A DNA stretch of 64,000 bases from Marmoricola sp. (GTDB lineage: Bacteria > Actinomycetota > Actinomycetes > Propionibacteriales > Nocardioidaceae), in NCBI GenBank assembly GCA_035699145.1, contig DASSBB010000076.1:18815-82814 (forward strand). Direction: 5' to 3'. Below are positions 56,714 through 64,000 of the stretch, one piece after another. Position numbers and translations under genes: made by a program. A model generated the notes under the pieces. It saw nothing but the letters and a program-made list of their open reading frames with translations. It was not told the DNA's origin and made no database searches. Position 1 is the stretch's first letter, and each line of letters starts with the position of its first letter.

Positions 56714-57514
56714 TCAGCCCCGACGACTCCGGGTCCGGCGCCGCGCTGACCAGCGGCCGGCCTCGTGCTGCAGCACCAGCGGCATCCCGAACGTCGCCGA
56801 CAGCGTCTCCTCGGTCAGCACCCGCTCGATCGGTCCCGCGGTCGTCACCTTGCCCTCCCGCAGCATGAGCACGTGGGTGAAGCCGGGCGGGATCTCCTCG
56901 ACGTGGTGCGAGACGAGGATGATCGCGGGGGCCTCGCCGTCCATCGCCAGCACGGAGAGGGTCGAGACGAGGTCCTCGCGGCCGCCGAGGTCGAGCCCGG
57001 CGGCGGGCTCGTCGAGAATCAGCAGCTCGGGGTCGGTCATGAGCGAGCGGGCGATCTGGACCCGCTTGCGCTCCCCCTCGCTGAGGGTCCCGAAGGTCCG
57101 CTCGGCGAGCCTGCCCACGCCCAGCTCGCTCATCAGGTCAGCCGCTCTCACGTGGTCGAGGTCGTCGTACTTCTCCCGCCACCGGCCGACGACGCTGTAC
57201 GCGGCCGAGACGACGACGTCCTTGACCAGCTCGCCGCGGGGGATCCGCTCGGCCAGTGCCGCGCTCGTGAGCCCGATCCGGGGACGGAGGTCGAAGACGT
57301 CGACGGCTCCGAGCACCTCGTTGAGCACGCCGGCGACGCCGGAGGTGGGGTGCATCTGCGCCGAGGCGACCTGCACGAGGGTGGTCTTGCCGGCTCCGTT
57401 GGGGCCGAGGATCACCCAGCGCTCGTCCTCCTCGACGGTCCAGTCGACGTCCTCGAGCAGGGTCGCCGTGCCTCGCCGTACGGTCACGCCGGCGAACTGG
57501 AGAACCGGGTCCAT
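56714..57514 (-). CDS. Orphan ABC transporter ATP-binding protein
   Basis: ATG 57514 with a GAGGGAGAG RBS. Carries Walker A GPNGAGKTT, the signature LSEGERKR and Walker B LLILDEP. No permease gene is adjacent. Confidence 0.85.
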   Translation of the reverse strand: MDPVLQFAGVTVRRGTATLLEDVDWTVEEDERWVILGPNGAGKTTLVQVASAQMHPTSGVAGVLNEVLGAVDVFDLRPRIGLTSAALAERIPRGELVKDVVVSAAYSVVGRWREKYDDLDHVRAADLMSELGVGRLAERTFGTLSEGERKRVQIARSLMTDPELLILDEPAAGLDLGGREDLVSTLSVLAMDGEAPAIILVSHHVEEIPPGFTHVLMLREGKVTTAGPIERVLTEETLSATFGMPLVLQHEAGRWSARRRTRSRRG

Positions 57515-57628
57515 CTCTCCCTCGGGTGCTCGACGTCGGCAGCGGTGGTCCGGCGGCGCCTGCCCGGACGGCACCAACCTACGTCACTCCTGCGCCGTCC
57601 CCGTGGCTGCCCCGCGTAGGCTCCCCGC

Positions 57629-58429
57629 GTGGACGAGGATCGCGAGCGGAGCACCTGGGAGGCCGAGTTCCGCACCCCCGGTGCGGAACGGCCGGCGCAG
57701 GCCGCCACCCTGCCCGACTCGGTCCGGCTGTCGCTCTGGTTCTCGGCCTGGTGCGACGGGCTGGTCAGCCTCGACGCGGCCCGGGACGCGGTGGTGCAGT
57801 CCGACGCGGCGCACGACGTCGTCGGGTTGCCGGGGCGGGACGAGAGCGTGCCGCTGATCCTGGCGCTGGGTGCCCTGCGGGCCGAGCGTGCCGCGGGCGC
57901 AGGGCTGGCGCTCCCGGTCCCCGGTGACCCGGTCGGGCTGGCCGGGCCGCCCGCCTTCAACGCCGAGGCTCTCGAGAGCGGTGAGGCGGTCGTGCTGCGC
58001 GGGGTGGACCTCGGGCTGGTGCCGGTGCGTGCCGGAGCAGGCGTCGTGTGGCGCTGCCTGCCCGCGCACGAGCGGCGCCAGGTGCCCGACCTGACGGAGG
58101 CCGACACCGGACTGCGTGCCGCGCTCCCCCAGGTCGCCGACGAGCTGGCCGCCCTCGACGTCGCCCGGTGGCGACCCGAGGTGGCCGACGAGCTGATGGC
58201 GCTGCGTCGCCCCGGCGAGCTCGAGGTCCCGGACGGGACGAGCCCGCGGGCGCAGCGGATGGTGGCACTGGCCGTCCGGTGCCGGCGCATCGTGTCCCTT
58301 GCCCTGGCCGACGACGGTGGTGCCGTCACGGCGGCCGACGCGGACCGGCGTCGCGAGGCACTGCTCCCGCTCGACCGCGCTGCGAGACGGGCACTGGTCG
58401 CGGCCTGCAGCCACCCCTTCGGACGGTAG
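57629..58429 (+). CDS. Hypothetical protein (266 aa)
   Basis: GTG start, with high third-position GC throughout. I recognise no motif. It lies immediately upstream of serB. Confidence 0.5.
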   Translation: MDEDRERSTWEAEFRTPGAERPAQAATLPDSVRLSLWFSAWCDGLVSLDAARDAVVQSDAAHDVVGLPGRDESVPLILALGALRAERAAGAGLALPVPGDPVGLAGPPAFNAEALESGEAVVLRGVDLGLVPVRAGAGVVWRCLPAHERRQVPDLTEADTGLRAALPQVADELAALDVARWRPEVADELMALRRPGELEVPDGTSPRAQRMVALAVRCRRIVSLALADDGGAVTAADADRRREALLPLDRAARRALVAACSHPFGR

Positions 58430-58442
58430 CCTCCTGCTCGTC

Positions 58443-59663
58443 ATGGACAGCGACCTCGACGCCCCGAAGACCCTCCTGCTCACGCTCACCGGGACCGACC
58501 GGCCGGGTGTCACCGCCGGCGTGTTCGACACGCTCGCGACCTTCGGTGTCGAGGTGCTCGACATCGAGCAGATCCTCATCCGGGGTCGGCTCGTCCTGGG
58601 GGTGCTCGTGACCGCGCCACGCCACTGGAAGAACCTTCGTGACGCGGTCGAGGAGGTCGGCGCTGCCCTGGAGCTCGACGTGAGCGTCGAGAAGGGGCAC
58701 GGGGACAATGACCGCCGGCGCAGCGGCCGGAGCCATGTCACCGTGCTCGGGACGCCGCTCCGGGCTGCCGCGGTCTCGGCGATCGCCGGCCGGATCTCCG
58801 ACATCGGGGCGAACATCGACCGCATCGAACGGATGGCGCGCTACCCGGTCACCGCGATCGACCTGCACGTCTCCGGGGCCGAGCCGGAGCGGCTCCGGAT
58901 GGTGCTCTCCGAGGAGGCGGCCCGACAGAAGGTCGACGTCGCCGTGCAGCCGGCCAACCTCCTCCGCCACGGGATGCGGCTCATCGTCATGGACGTCGAC
59001 TCCACGCTCGTCCAGGGCGAGGTGATCGAGATGCTCGCTGCGCACGCCGGGTGCGAGGCGAAGGTCGCCGCGGTCACCGAGGCAGCGATGCGCGGCGAGC
59101 TCGACTTCGAGCAGTCGTTGCGGGAGCGGGTCGCCCTCCTCGAGGGGCTCGACGCCGCCTGCCTCGACAAGGTCTACCACGCCCTGGTGCTGACTCCGGG
59201 GGCGCGCACGTTGGTCCGCACCCTCAAGCGGCTGGGCTACCGGTTCGCGATCGTCTCCGGGGGGTTCTCCCAGGTCACCGACCGGCTGGCCGCCGAGCTC
59301 GGCATCGACTGGGCCGCCGCCAACGAGCTCGAGGTGGTCGACGGCAGGCTCACCGGCCGGATCCTCGGGCCCGTCGTGGACCGGGCCGGGAAGGCCGACG
59401 CGCTCCGACGGTTCGCCGCCGAGGCCGGGGTGAGCAGCGCCGCGACCGTCGCCGTCGGTGACGGCGCCAACGACCTCGACATGCTCGCGGCAGCCGGGCT
59501 CGGCATCGCGTTCAACGCCAAGCCGCTGGTGCAGCAGGCGGCGGACACGACCGTCAACGTGCCGTTCCTCGACGCGATCATCTACCTGCTCGGCATCACC
59601 CGCGAGGAGGTCGAGGCCGCCGATGCGGAGGCCGGCTTCCTCAGCCCCGCTCCCTCGCCCTGA
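58443..59663 (+). CDS. serB: Phosphoserine phosphatase with N-terminal ACT domains (SerB2-like)
   Basis: ATG 58443. It has two ACT-like repeats, then the HAD motifs MDVDSTLV and GDGANDL. Confidence 0.9.
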   Translation: MDSDLDAPKTLLLTLTGTDRPGVTAGVFDTLATFGVEVLDIEQILIRGRLVLGVLVTAPRHWKNLRDAVEEVGAALELDVSVEKGHGDNDRRRSGRSHVTVLGTPLRAAAVSAIAGRISDIGANIDRIERMARYPVTAIDLHVSGAEPERLRMVLSEEAARQKVDVAVQPANLLRHGMRLIVMDVDSTLVQGEVIEMLAAHAGCEAKVAAVTEAAMRGELDFEQSLRERVALLEGLDAACLDKVYHALVLTPGARTLVRTLKRLGYRFAIVSGGFSQVTDRLAAELGIDWAAANELEVVDGRLTGRILGPVVDRAGKADALRRFAAEAGVSSAATVAVGDGANDLDMLAAAGLGIAFNAKPLVQQAADTTVNVPFLDAIIYLLGITREEVEAADAEAGFLSPAPSP

Positions 59664-59673
59664 CGGCGAACCT

Positions 59674-60177
59674 TCAACCGCGGCCGACGTGGAACCGGGT
59701 CAGCCGGGCACCTCCCTCGGTGAGCTCCGACCAGTCGCCCGGCAGCTCCAGGACGGCGACCGCCGCGGGCGGGAACCCCTCGAGCAGCCCGCGCATCACG
59801 TCCGGGTCGCCCTCGCCGTCGACGAGCAGCCGCGCGACATGGGCAGCCGTCGGGTTGTGCCCCACGAGCACCACGCACGAGGCCTCAGGCGGGAGCGACC
59901 GAAGAGCCTCGAGCAGGTCGTGCTCGGACGCCGAGTAGTACGCAGGGCTGACGTCCTCCTGGGCGCCCTCCCCGAGCGAGGCGCGGAGCTCGGCCCAGGT
60001 CTCCTGGGTCCTCGTCGCGTCGGAGACCAGGGCATGGGTGGGCGTGATCCCCGCGGTGGCGAGGAACCTCCCCGTGTCCGCCGCGTCGGCCCGCCCGCGG
60101 TCGGTCAGACGGCGGGCGTAGTCGGTCTCGGCGTACGGCTCCGCCTTCGCGTGCCGCACCACCACCAGCGTCTTCAC
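59674..60177 (-). CDS. sixA: Histidine phosphatase family protein, SixA-like
   Basis: GTG 60177 (GTGA overlap with the fabI stop). Carries the VVRHAKA catalytic motif and VGHNP. Confidence 0.75.
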   Translation of the reverse strand: MKTLVVVRHAKAEPYAETDYARRLTDRGRADAADTGRFLATAGITPTHALVSDATRTQETWAELRASLGEGAQEDVSPAYYSASEHDLLEALRSLPPEASCVVLVGHNPTAAHVARLLVDGEGDPDVMRGLLEGFPPAAVAVLELPGDWSELTEGGARLTRFHVGRG

Positions 60178-60944
60178 AGCCCCATCGCGTGGAAGCCACC
60201 GTCCACGTGGACGATCTCCCCGGTGGTGGCCGGGAAGAGGTCGCTGAGCAGCGCGACGACCGCCTTGGCGGTGGGCGCGTGGTCGCTCTCGTCCCAGCCG
60301 AGCGGCGCCCGGTCCTTCCACGACGACTCGAGGTCCTCGAAGCCGGGGATCGCCTTGGCGGCCAGGGTCCGCAGCGGCCCGGCGCTCACGAGGTTGACCC
60401 GGACGCCCTGCGGCCCGAGGTCGCGCGCGAGGTAGCGGGAGCACGACTCCAGCGCCGCCTTGGCGACGCCCATCCAGTCGTACGCCGGCCAGGCCACCGA
60501 GGCGTCGAAGGTCATGCCGACCACGGACCCGCCACTGCTCATGAGCGGCAGGCAGGCCGTCGCGAGCGACTTCAGGGAGTACGCCGACACCTGCACGGCC
60601 TGGGCCACGTCGTCCCACGGGCCGTCGAGGAACTTGCCGCCGAGGAGCGTCTCGGGGTTGCCGTAGGCGATGGAGTGGACCACCCCGTCGAGCCCGTCCA
60701 CGTGCTCGCGAAGCAGCGACGGGAGCCGTTCGAGGTGCTCGGGGTCGGTGACGTCGAGCTCGACGACCGGCGTCTCCTGCGGAAGCCGGCCGGCGATCCG
60801 CTTGGTGATGCCGAGCGCGCGGCCGAAGTTCGAGATGATGACCGTCGCGCCCTGCTCCTGGGCCACGCGGGCCACCGCGAAGCCGATCGAGCTCTCCATG
60901 GTGACGCCGGCCACCAGGATCCGCTTGCCGTCGAGGATGCCCAT
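60174..60944 (-). CDS. fabI: NADH-dependent enoyl-ACP reductase (FabI/InhA type)
   Basis: 256 aa. Carries ILVAGV...SIGFA and the Tyr/Lys block YDWMGVAKAALES. Confidence 0.9.
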   Translation of the reverse strand: MGILDGKRILVAGVTMESSIGFAVARVAQEQGATVIISNFGRALGITKRIAGRLPQETPVVELDVTDPEHLERLPSLLREHVDGLDGVVHSIAYGNPETLLGGKFLDGPWDDVAQAVQVSAYSLKSLATACLPLMSSGGSVVGMTFDASVAWPAYDWMGVAKAALESCSRYLARDLGPQGVRVNLVSAGPLRTLAAKAIPGFEDLESSWKDRAPLGWDESDHAPTAKAVVALLSDLFPATTGEIVHVDGGFHAMGL

Positions 60945-60998
60945 GTGTCTCTTCCTTCGCTGTGCTCGTGGGATGGGTTGGCCGCTCAGGGTCCGGGT

Positions 60999-61703
60999 TC
61001 AGTGCCCCATGCCGAGGCCGCCGTCGACCGGGATGACCGCGCCGGTCACGTAGGCGGCGCCGTCGGAGGCGAGCCACAGCACCGTGCTCGCGACCTCGTC
61101 GACCGAGGCGTAGCGGCCCAGGGGGATCTGGGCGAGGTACTCCGCCTTCTTCTCCTCGGGAAGGACCGAGGTCATCTCGGTCTCGACGAAGCCGGGGGCC
61201 ACCACGTTCGTGGTGATCGACCGGCTGCCGAGCTCGCGTGCGAGCGACCGGGCCATCCCGACGAGCCCGGACTTGCTGGCCGCGTAGTTGACCTGGCCGG
61301 CCGAGCCGAGGAGCCCGACGACCGACGAGATGAGGACGATCCGGCCGCGGCGGAGCCGCAGCATCCCCTTCGCCGCGCGCTTCGCGACCCGGAACGACCC
61401 GGTGAGGTTGGTCTCGATGACGTCGGACCACTCCTCGTCGCTCATCCGGAGGACGAGGGTGTCCTTGGTGATCCCGGCGTTGGCGACGAGCACCTCGACA
61501 GGGCCCTGCGCCTCCTCGACCTCGCCGAACGCCCGGTCGACGTCAGCGGCGTCGGTCACGTCGCAGCGGACCGCGAGGACCCCGGCCGGGGGCTCCCCGC
61601 TCCGGTAGGTGACGGCGACCTTGTCGCCGTTGGCGACGAACGCCTCGGCGATCGCCTTGCCGATGCCGCGGTTGCCGCCGGTCACGAGTACCGATCTGGA
61701 CAC
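60999..61703 (-). CDS. fabG: 3-oxoacyl-ACP reductase
   Basis: 234 aa. Carries VTGGNRGIG, NAG and YAASKSGLVGMARSLARE. Confidence 0.9.
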   Translation of the reverse strand: MSRSVLVTGGNRGIGKAIAEAFVANGDKVAVTYRSGEPPAGVLAVRCDVTDAADVDRAFGEVEEAQGPVEVLVANAGITKDTLVLRMSDEEWSDVIETNLTGSFRVAKRAAKGMLRLRRGRIVLISSVVGLLGSAGQVNYAASKSGLVGMARSLARELGSRSITTNVVAPGFVETEMTSVLPEEKKAEYLAQIPLGRYASVDEVASTVLWLASDGAAYVTGAVIPVDGGLGMGH

Positions 61704-61719
61704 CGGTGCCCCTCTCGTC

Positions 61720-61757
61720 GTGGAACGCTGTGGAACGCTGTGGAACGTCGTGGACGA
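61720..61757 (-). repeat. Phased 10-bp tandem repeat immediately upstream of fabG
   Basis: The plus strand reads GTGGAACGCT GTGGAACGCT GTGGAACGTC GTGGACGA. On the coding strand this is CGTCCAC GACGTTCCAC AGCGTTCCAC AGCGTTCCAC, ending 17 nt upstream of the fabG GTG. Confidence 0.9.
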
Positions 61758-61791
61758 CGCTATGGGCTACCGACGAGTACCCGAAAACGTC

Positions 61792-62004
61792 TCACTCGTC
61801 CTCGAGGCGGAACCCGATCTTGAGCCCCACCTGGAAGTGCTCGACCCGGCCGTCCTTGGCCTGGCCCCGCATCTGCGTGACCTCGAACCAGTCGATGTGA
61901 CGCAGCGTCGTGGATGCTCGTTCGATGCCGTTGCGGATCGCCTGGTCGATGCCGTCGGGAGAGGTTCCCACGATCTCGGTGACGCGGTACGTGCGGTTGG
62001 TCAT
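61792..62004 (-). CDS. Dodecin family flavin-binding protein
   Basis: 70 aa, MTNRTYRVTEIVGTSPDGIDQAIRNGIERASTTLRHIDWFEV, the typical dodecin sequence. Confidence 0.85.
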   Translation of the reverse strand: MTNRTYRVTEIVGTSPDGIDQAIRNGIERASTTLRHIDWFEVTQMRGQAKDGRVEHFQVGLKIGFRLEDE

Positions 62005-62124
62005 GCCGGCTCCTCGGTGGTCGTCGGGGCGTTGCCGGGGTCGCGCCCGGCGGTGCTGGTTCGGATGCTAGACCCCCTCGGGCCGGCGGGCGGCGACGGT
62101 TGGCGACCGGCGTACCGTGGAACC

Positions 62125-62424
62125 ATGCGCCGCAAGCGTGACGAACCCCTTCGGATCACCACCGCGTCGCGGCCGCGGAGTGAGGACATCCGTGGTCGCG
62201 AACGGCGCTACATCATCTCGATGGGGATCCGGACGGTCTGCTTCGTCCTGGCGGTCGTCTTCATGGGCCACTGGGTGATGTGGCTCTTCCTCGTCGGTGC
62301 CGTCTTCCTGCCGTACGTCGCCGTGGTGATGGCCAACGCCGGGGTCTCGCCGGACCCGGGGGCCTCGGACTTCGAGTACAACCCCGACCTGCGGGCGATC
62401 CACGACCGCCCCGCGCAACAGTGA
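62125..62424 (+). CDS. DUF3099-like small membrane protein
   Basis: ATG 62125. The basic N-terminus RGRERRYIISMGIRTVCFVLAVV is followed by two TM helices, a pattern I recognise from actinobacterial DUF3099. Confidence 0.65.
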   Translation: MRRKRDEPLRITTASRPRSEDIRGRERRYIISMGIRTVCFVLAVVFMGHWVMWLFLVGAVFLPYVAVVMANAGVSPDPGASDFEYNPDLRAIHDRPAQQ

Positions 62425-62612
62425 GCACGCTGGTCTGCTCGGCCAAGGGGTGCCAGGCGGAGGCCACCTGGACGCTGCTCTGGAACAACCCCAAGCTGCA
62501 CACGCCGGAGCGCCGCAAGGAGTGGCTCGCCTGCGACGAGCACCGCGAGTCCCTCGGCGCCTTCCTGGGCGCGCGGGGGTTCCTCAGGGAGACCCGGCCG
62601 CTCGACGGGTGA
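62421..62612 (+). CDS. Small Cys-containing hypothetical protein (63 aa)
   Basis: GTG 62421 (GTGA overlap with the previous stop). The sequence is CSAKGCQAEATWTLLWNNPKLHTPERRKEWLACDEH. Confidence 0.5.
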   Translation: MSTLVCSAKGCQAEATWTLLWNNPKLHTPERRKEWLACDEHRESLGAFLGARGFLRETRPLDG

Positions 62613-62614
62613 GG

Positions 62615-63616
62615 TCAGCCGCCGATCGCCGACATCGGTCGGCTCGGCTGGAGGAACGTCACGTCGTCGATCCCGTGGCCTGCGCGCTTCGGTGCCACCG
62701 CCGCACGCCACCGCTCGGCGAGCTGCTCGTCGGTCACGCCGGCCCTCAGCGGGCCTCGGAGGTCCGACTCCTCGCGCGCGAACAGGCAGTTGCGGACCTG
62801 GCCGTCGGCGGTGAGCCGGACCCGGTCGCAGTCGCCGCAGAACGGCCGGGTGACCGAGGCGATCACGCCCACGGTGGCCGGGCCGCCGTTGACCGTGAAG
62901 AGCTCGGCGGGAGCACTCCCGCGCGGCTCCTCGGCGTCGGTGAGGTCGAACTCGGCACCGAGCCGCTCGAGGATCTCCGCGGCGGTCACCATGTCGTCAC
63001 GTCGCCAGCCGTGCTGGGCGTCGAGCGGCATCTGCTCGATGAACCGCAGCTCGTAGCCGCGCTCGAGGCACCACCGCAGCAGCTCCGGCGCCTGGTCGTC
63101 GTTGATCCCGCGCATGAGCACGGCGTTGACCTTGACCGGTCGGAGCCCGGCGGCCTCCGCCGCCGCGAGACCGGCGACGACGTCGTGGAGCCGGTCGCGC
63201 AGGGTCAGCTGCTTGAAGGTCTCCTTGCGCACGGAGTCGAGCGAGACGTTGACCCGGTCGAGCCCCGCCTCGGCGAGCGCGACCGCGGTCCGGGCCAGCC
63301 CGAGGGCGTTGGTCGTGAGCGACAGCTGCGGCCGGGGGTCCAGGGCGGCGCACTGCTGGATGATGTCGACGATGCCGCGGCGTACCAACGGCTCGCCACC
63401 GGTGAACCGCACCTCGTCGACGCCGAGCAGGGTGACGGCGACGCGGACCAGCCGGACCACCTCGTCGTTGGTGAGCACCGAGTCGTCGGGCAGCCAGTCG
63501 AGCCCCTCGGGCGGCATGCAGTAGGTGCACCGGAGGTTGCACCGGTCGGTCAGCGACACCCGGAGGTCGGTGGCCGTCCGCCCGAAGCGGTCGGTGAGGG
63601 GCTGAGCTGCGGTCAC
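62615..63616 (-). CDS. moaA: GTP 3',8-cyclase (molybdenum cofactor biosynthesis protein A)
   Basis: Carries the radical SAM motif CNLRCTYCMP, the C-terminal Cys cluster CGDCDRVRLTADG and terminal GG. Confidence 0.95.
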   Translation of the reverse strand: MTAAQPLTDRFGRTATDLRVSLTDRCNLRCTYCMPPEGLDWLPDDSVLTNDEVVRLVRVAVTLLGVDEVRFTGGEPLVRRGIVDIIQQCAALDPRPQLSLTTNALGLARTAVALAEAGLDRVNVSLDSVRKETFKQLTLRDRLHDVVAGLAAAEAAGLRPVKVNAVLMRGINDDQAPELLRWCLERGYELRFIEQMPLDAQHGWRRDDMVTAAEILERLGAEFDLTDAEEPRGSAPAELFTVNGGPATVGVIASVTRPFCGDCDRVRLTADGQVRNCLFAREESDLRGPLRAGVTDEQLAERWRAAVAPKRAGHGIDDVTFLQPSRPMSAIGG

Positions 63617-63684
63617 GCCTCGACTCTACGTGGGTCCGCCGCACCGCACACCGGGAGCCACGGATGATCACCTAGATTCGTGGG

Positions 63685-64000
63685 GTGAGGTTCCTGTTCT
63701 CCCGCCGCTGGGTGCTCTTCGCGGTCGCCGTCGCCATCATGGCGTTCGGCGCCGTCCGGCTCGGCGAGTGGCAGTTCGACCGGCTCCACCAGCGCGAGCA
63801 GCGCAACGAGTGGACCCAGCGCAACCTCGCCGCCGACCCCGCACCGGTGGACGCGGTCCTCGCTGTGGGGCAGCCGGTCCCGGAGGACCGCGAGTGGACG
63901 AGGGTGACCGTCACCGGGGAGTACGACGCCGACGCGACCGTCGTGGTCCGCTACCAGACCCGCGACGGCGAGGCCGGGGTGGACCTCGTCACGCCACTGG
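63685..64000 (+). CDS. SURF1-like cytochrome oxidase assembly protein, 5' part only (runs off the window end)
   Basis: My translation from GTG 63685 reads VRFLFSRRWVLFAVAVAIMAFGAVRLGEWQFDRLHQREQRN...VTVTGEYDA...VVVRYQTRDGEAGVDLVTPL, the typical SURF1 N-terminus. It is absent from the ORF track because no stop is reached. Confidence 0.7.
   Translation, partial: MRFLFSRRWVLFAVAVAIMAFGAVRLGEWQFDRLHQREQRNEWTQRNLAADPAPVDAVLAVGQPVPEDREWTRVTVTGEYDADATVVVRYQTRDGEAGVDLVTPL

Noticed and set aside
63617-63684. A possible molybdenum cofactor riboswitch upstream of moaA.
   Set aside because: The intergenic region is only 68 nt and is shared with the divergent SURF1-like gene. That is too short for the Moco RNA motif, and no conserved elements were recognisable.

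Overview
This is a high-GC actinobacterial chromosomal segment, densely coding on both strands. I support about 65 protein genes and one tRNA. I saw no rRNA, CRISPR array, transposase or integrase. All calls rest on reading motifs in the supplied translations and on hand translation; no database search was possible.

Gene content from left to right:
- A selenocysteine-containing formate dehydrogenase alpha subunit with an in-frame UGA, next to selD and a 95-nt tRNA-Sec.
- About 22 kb of nitrogen and amino-sugar metabolism. This holds a GT1 glycosyltransferase; ureF-ureD-ureG; a kdgK/IclR/ridA operon divergent from a PLP-deaminase/D-aminoacylase/eda/gntP operon; a HAD hydrolase; and GlcNAc PTS EIICBA-nagB-nagA. 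It continues with ureC-ureB-ureA on the opposite strand, a quinone oxidoreductase, two small overlapping ORFs and a uronate-dehydrogenase-like gene.
- selA-selB.
- A small membrane-protein gene bracketed by inverted arrays of a 22-bp repeat.
- A tightly coupled operon: small membrane protein, RCK-gated K+ channel, and a DUF429(RNase H-like)-RelA/SpoT fusion.
- A redox trio: FAD/Rieske oxidoreductase, heme-oxygenase-like iron enzyme and a CDGSH protein.
- Housekeeping genes: guaB1, galK, hsp20, a betaine transporter pair, a 1043-aa propeller/metallohydrolase protein, a doc toxin-antitoxin pair, def, an M6 protease, trmH, cysG, an SPFH/NfeD pair, serB, sixA, fabI, fabG, dodecin, moaA and SURF1.

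Most notable observations:
- UGA recoding with a SECIS-like hairpin in the formate dehydrogenase gene.
- The selenium locus is split at tRNA-Sec, with a weak att-like remnant just upstream of selA.
- The urease cluster is split into two convergent halves.
- One gene set is consistent with N-acetyl-glucosaminate/glucosaminate catabolism to KDG.
- A dispersed 22-bp tandem repeat family overlaps three stop codons.
- The K+ channel is translationally coupled to an alarmone-synthetase fusion.
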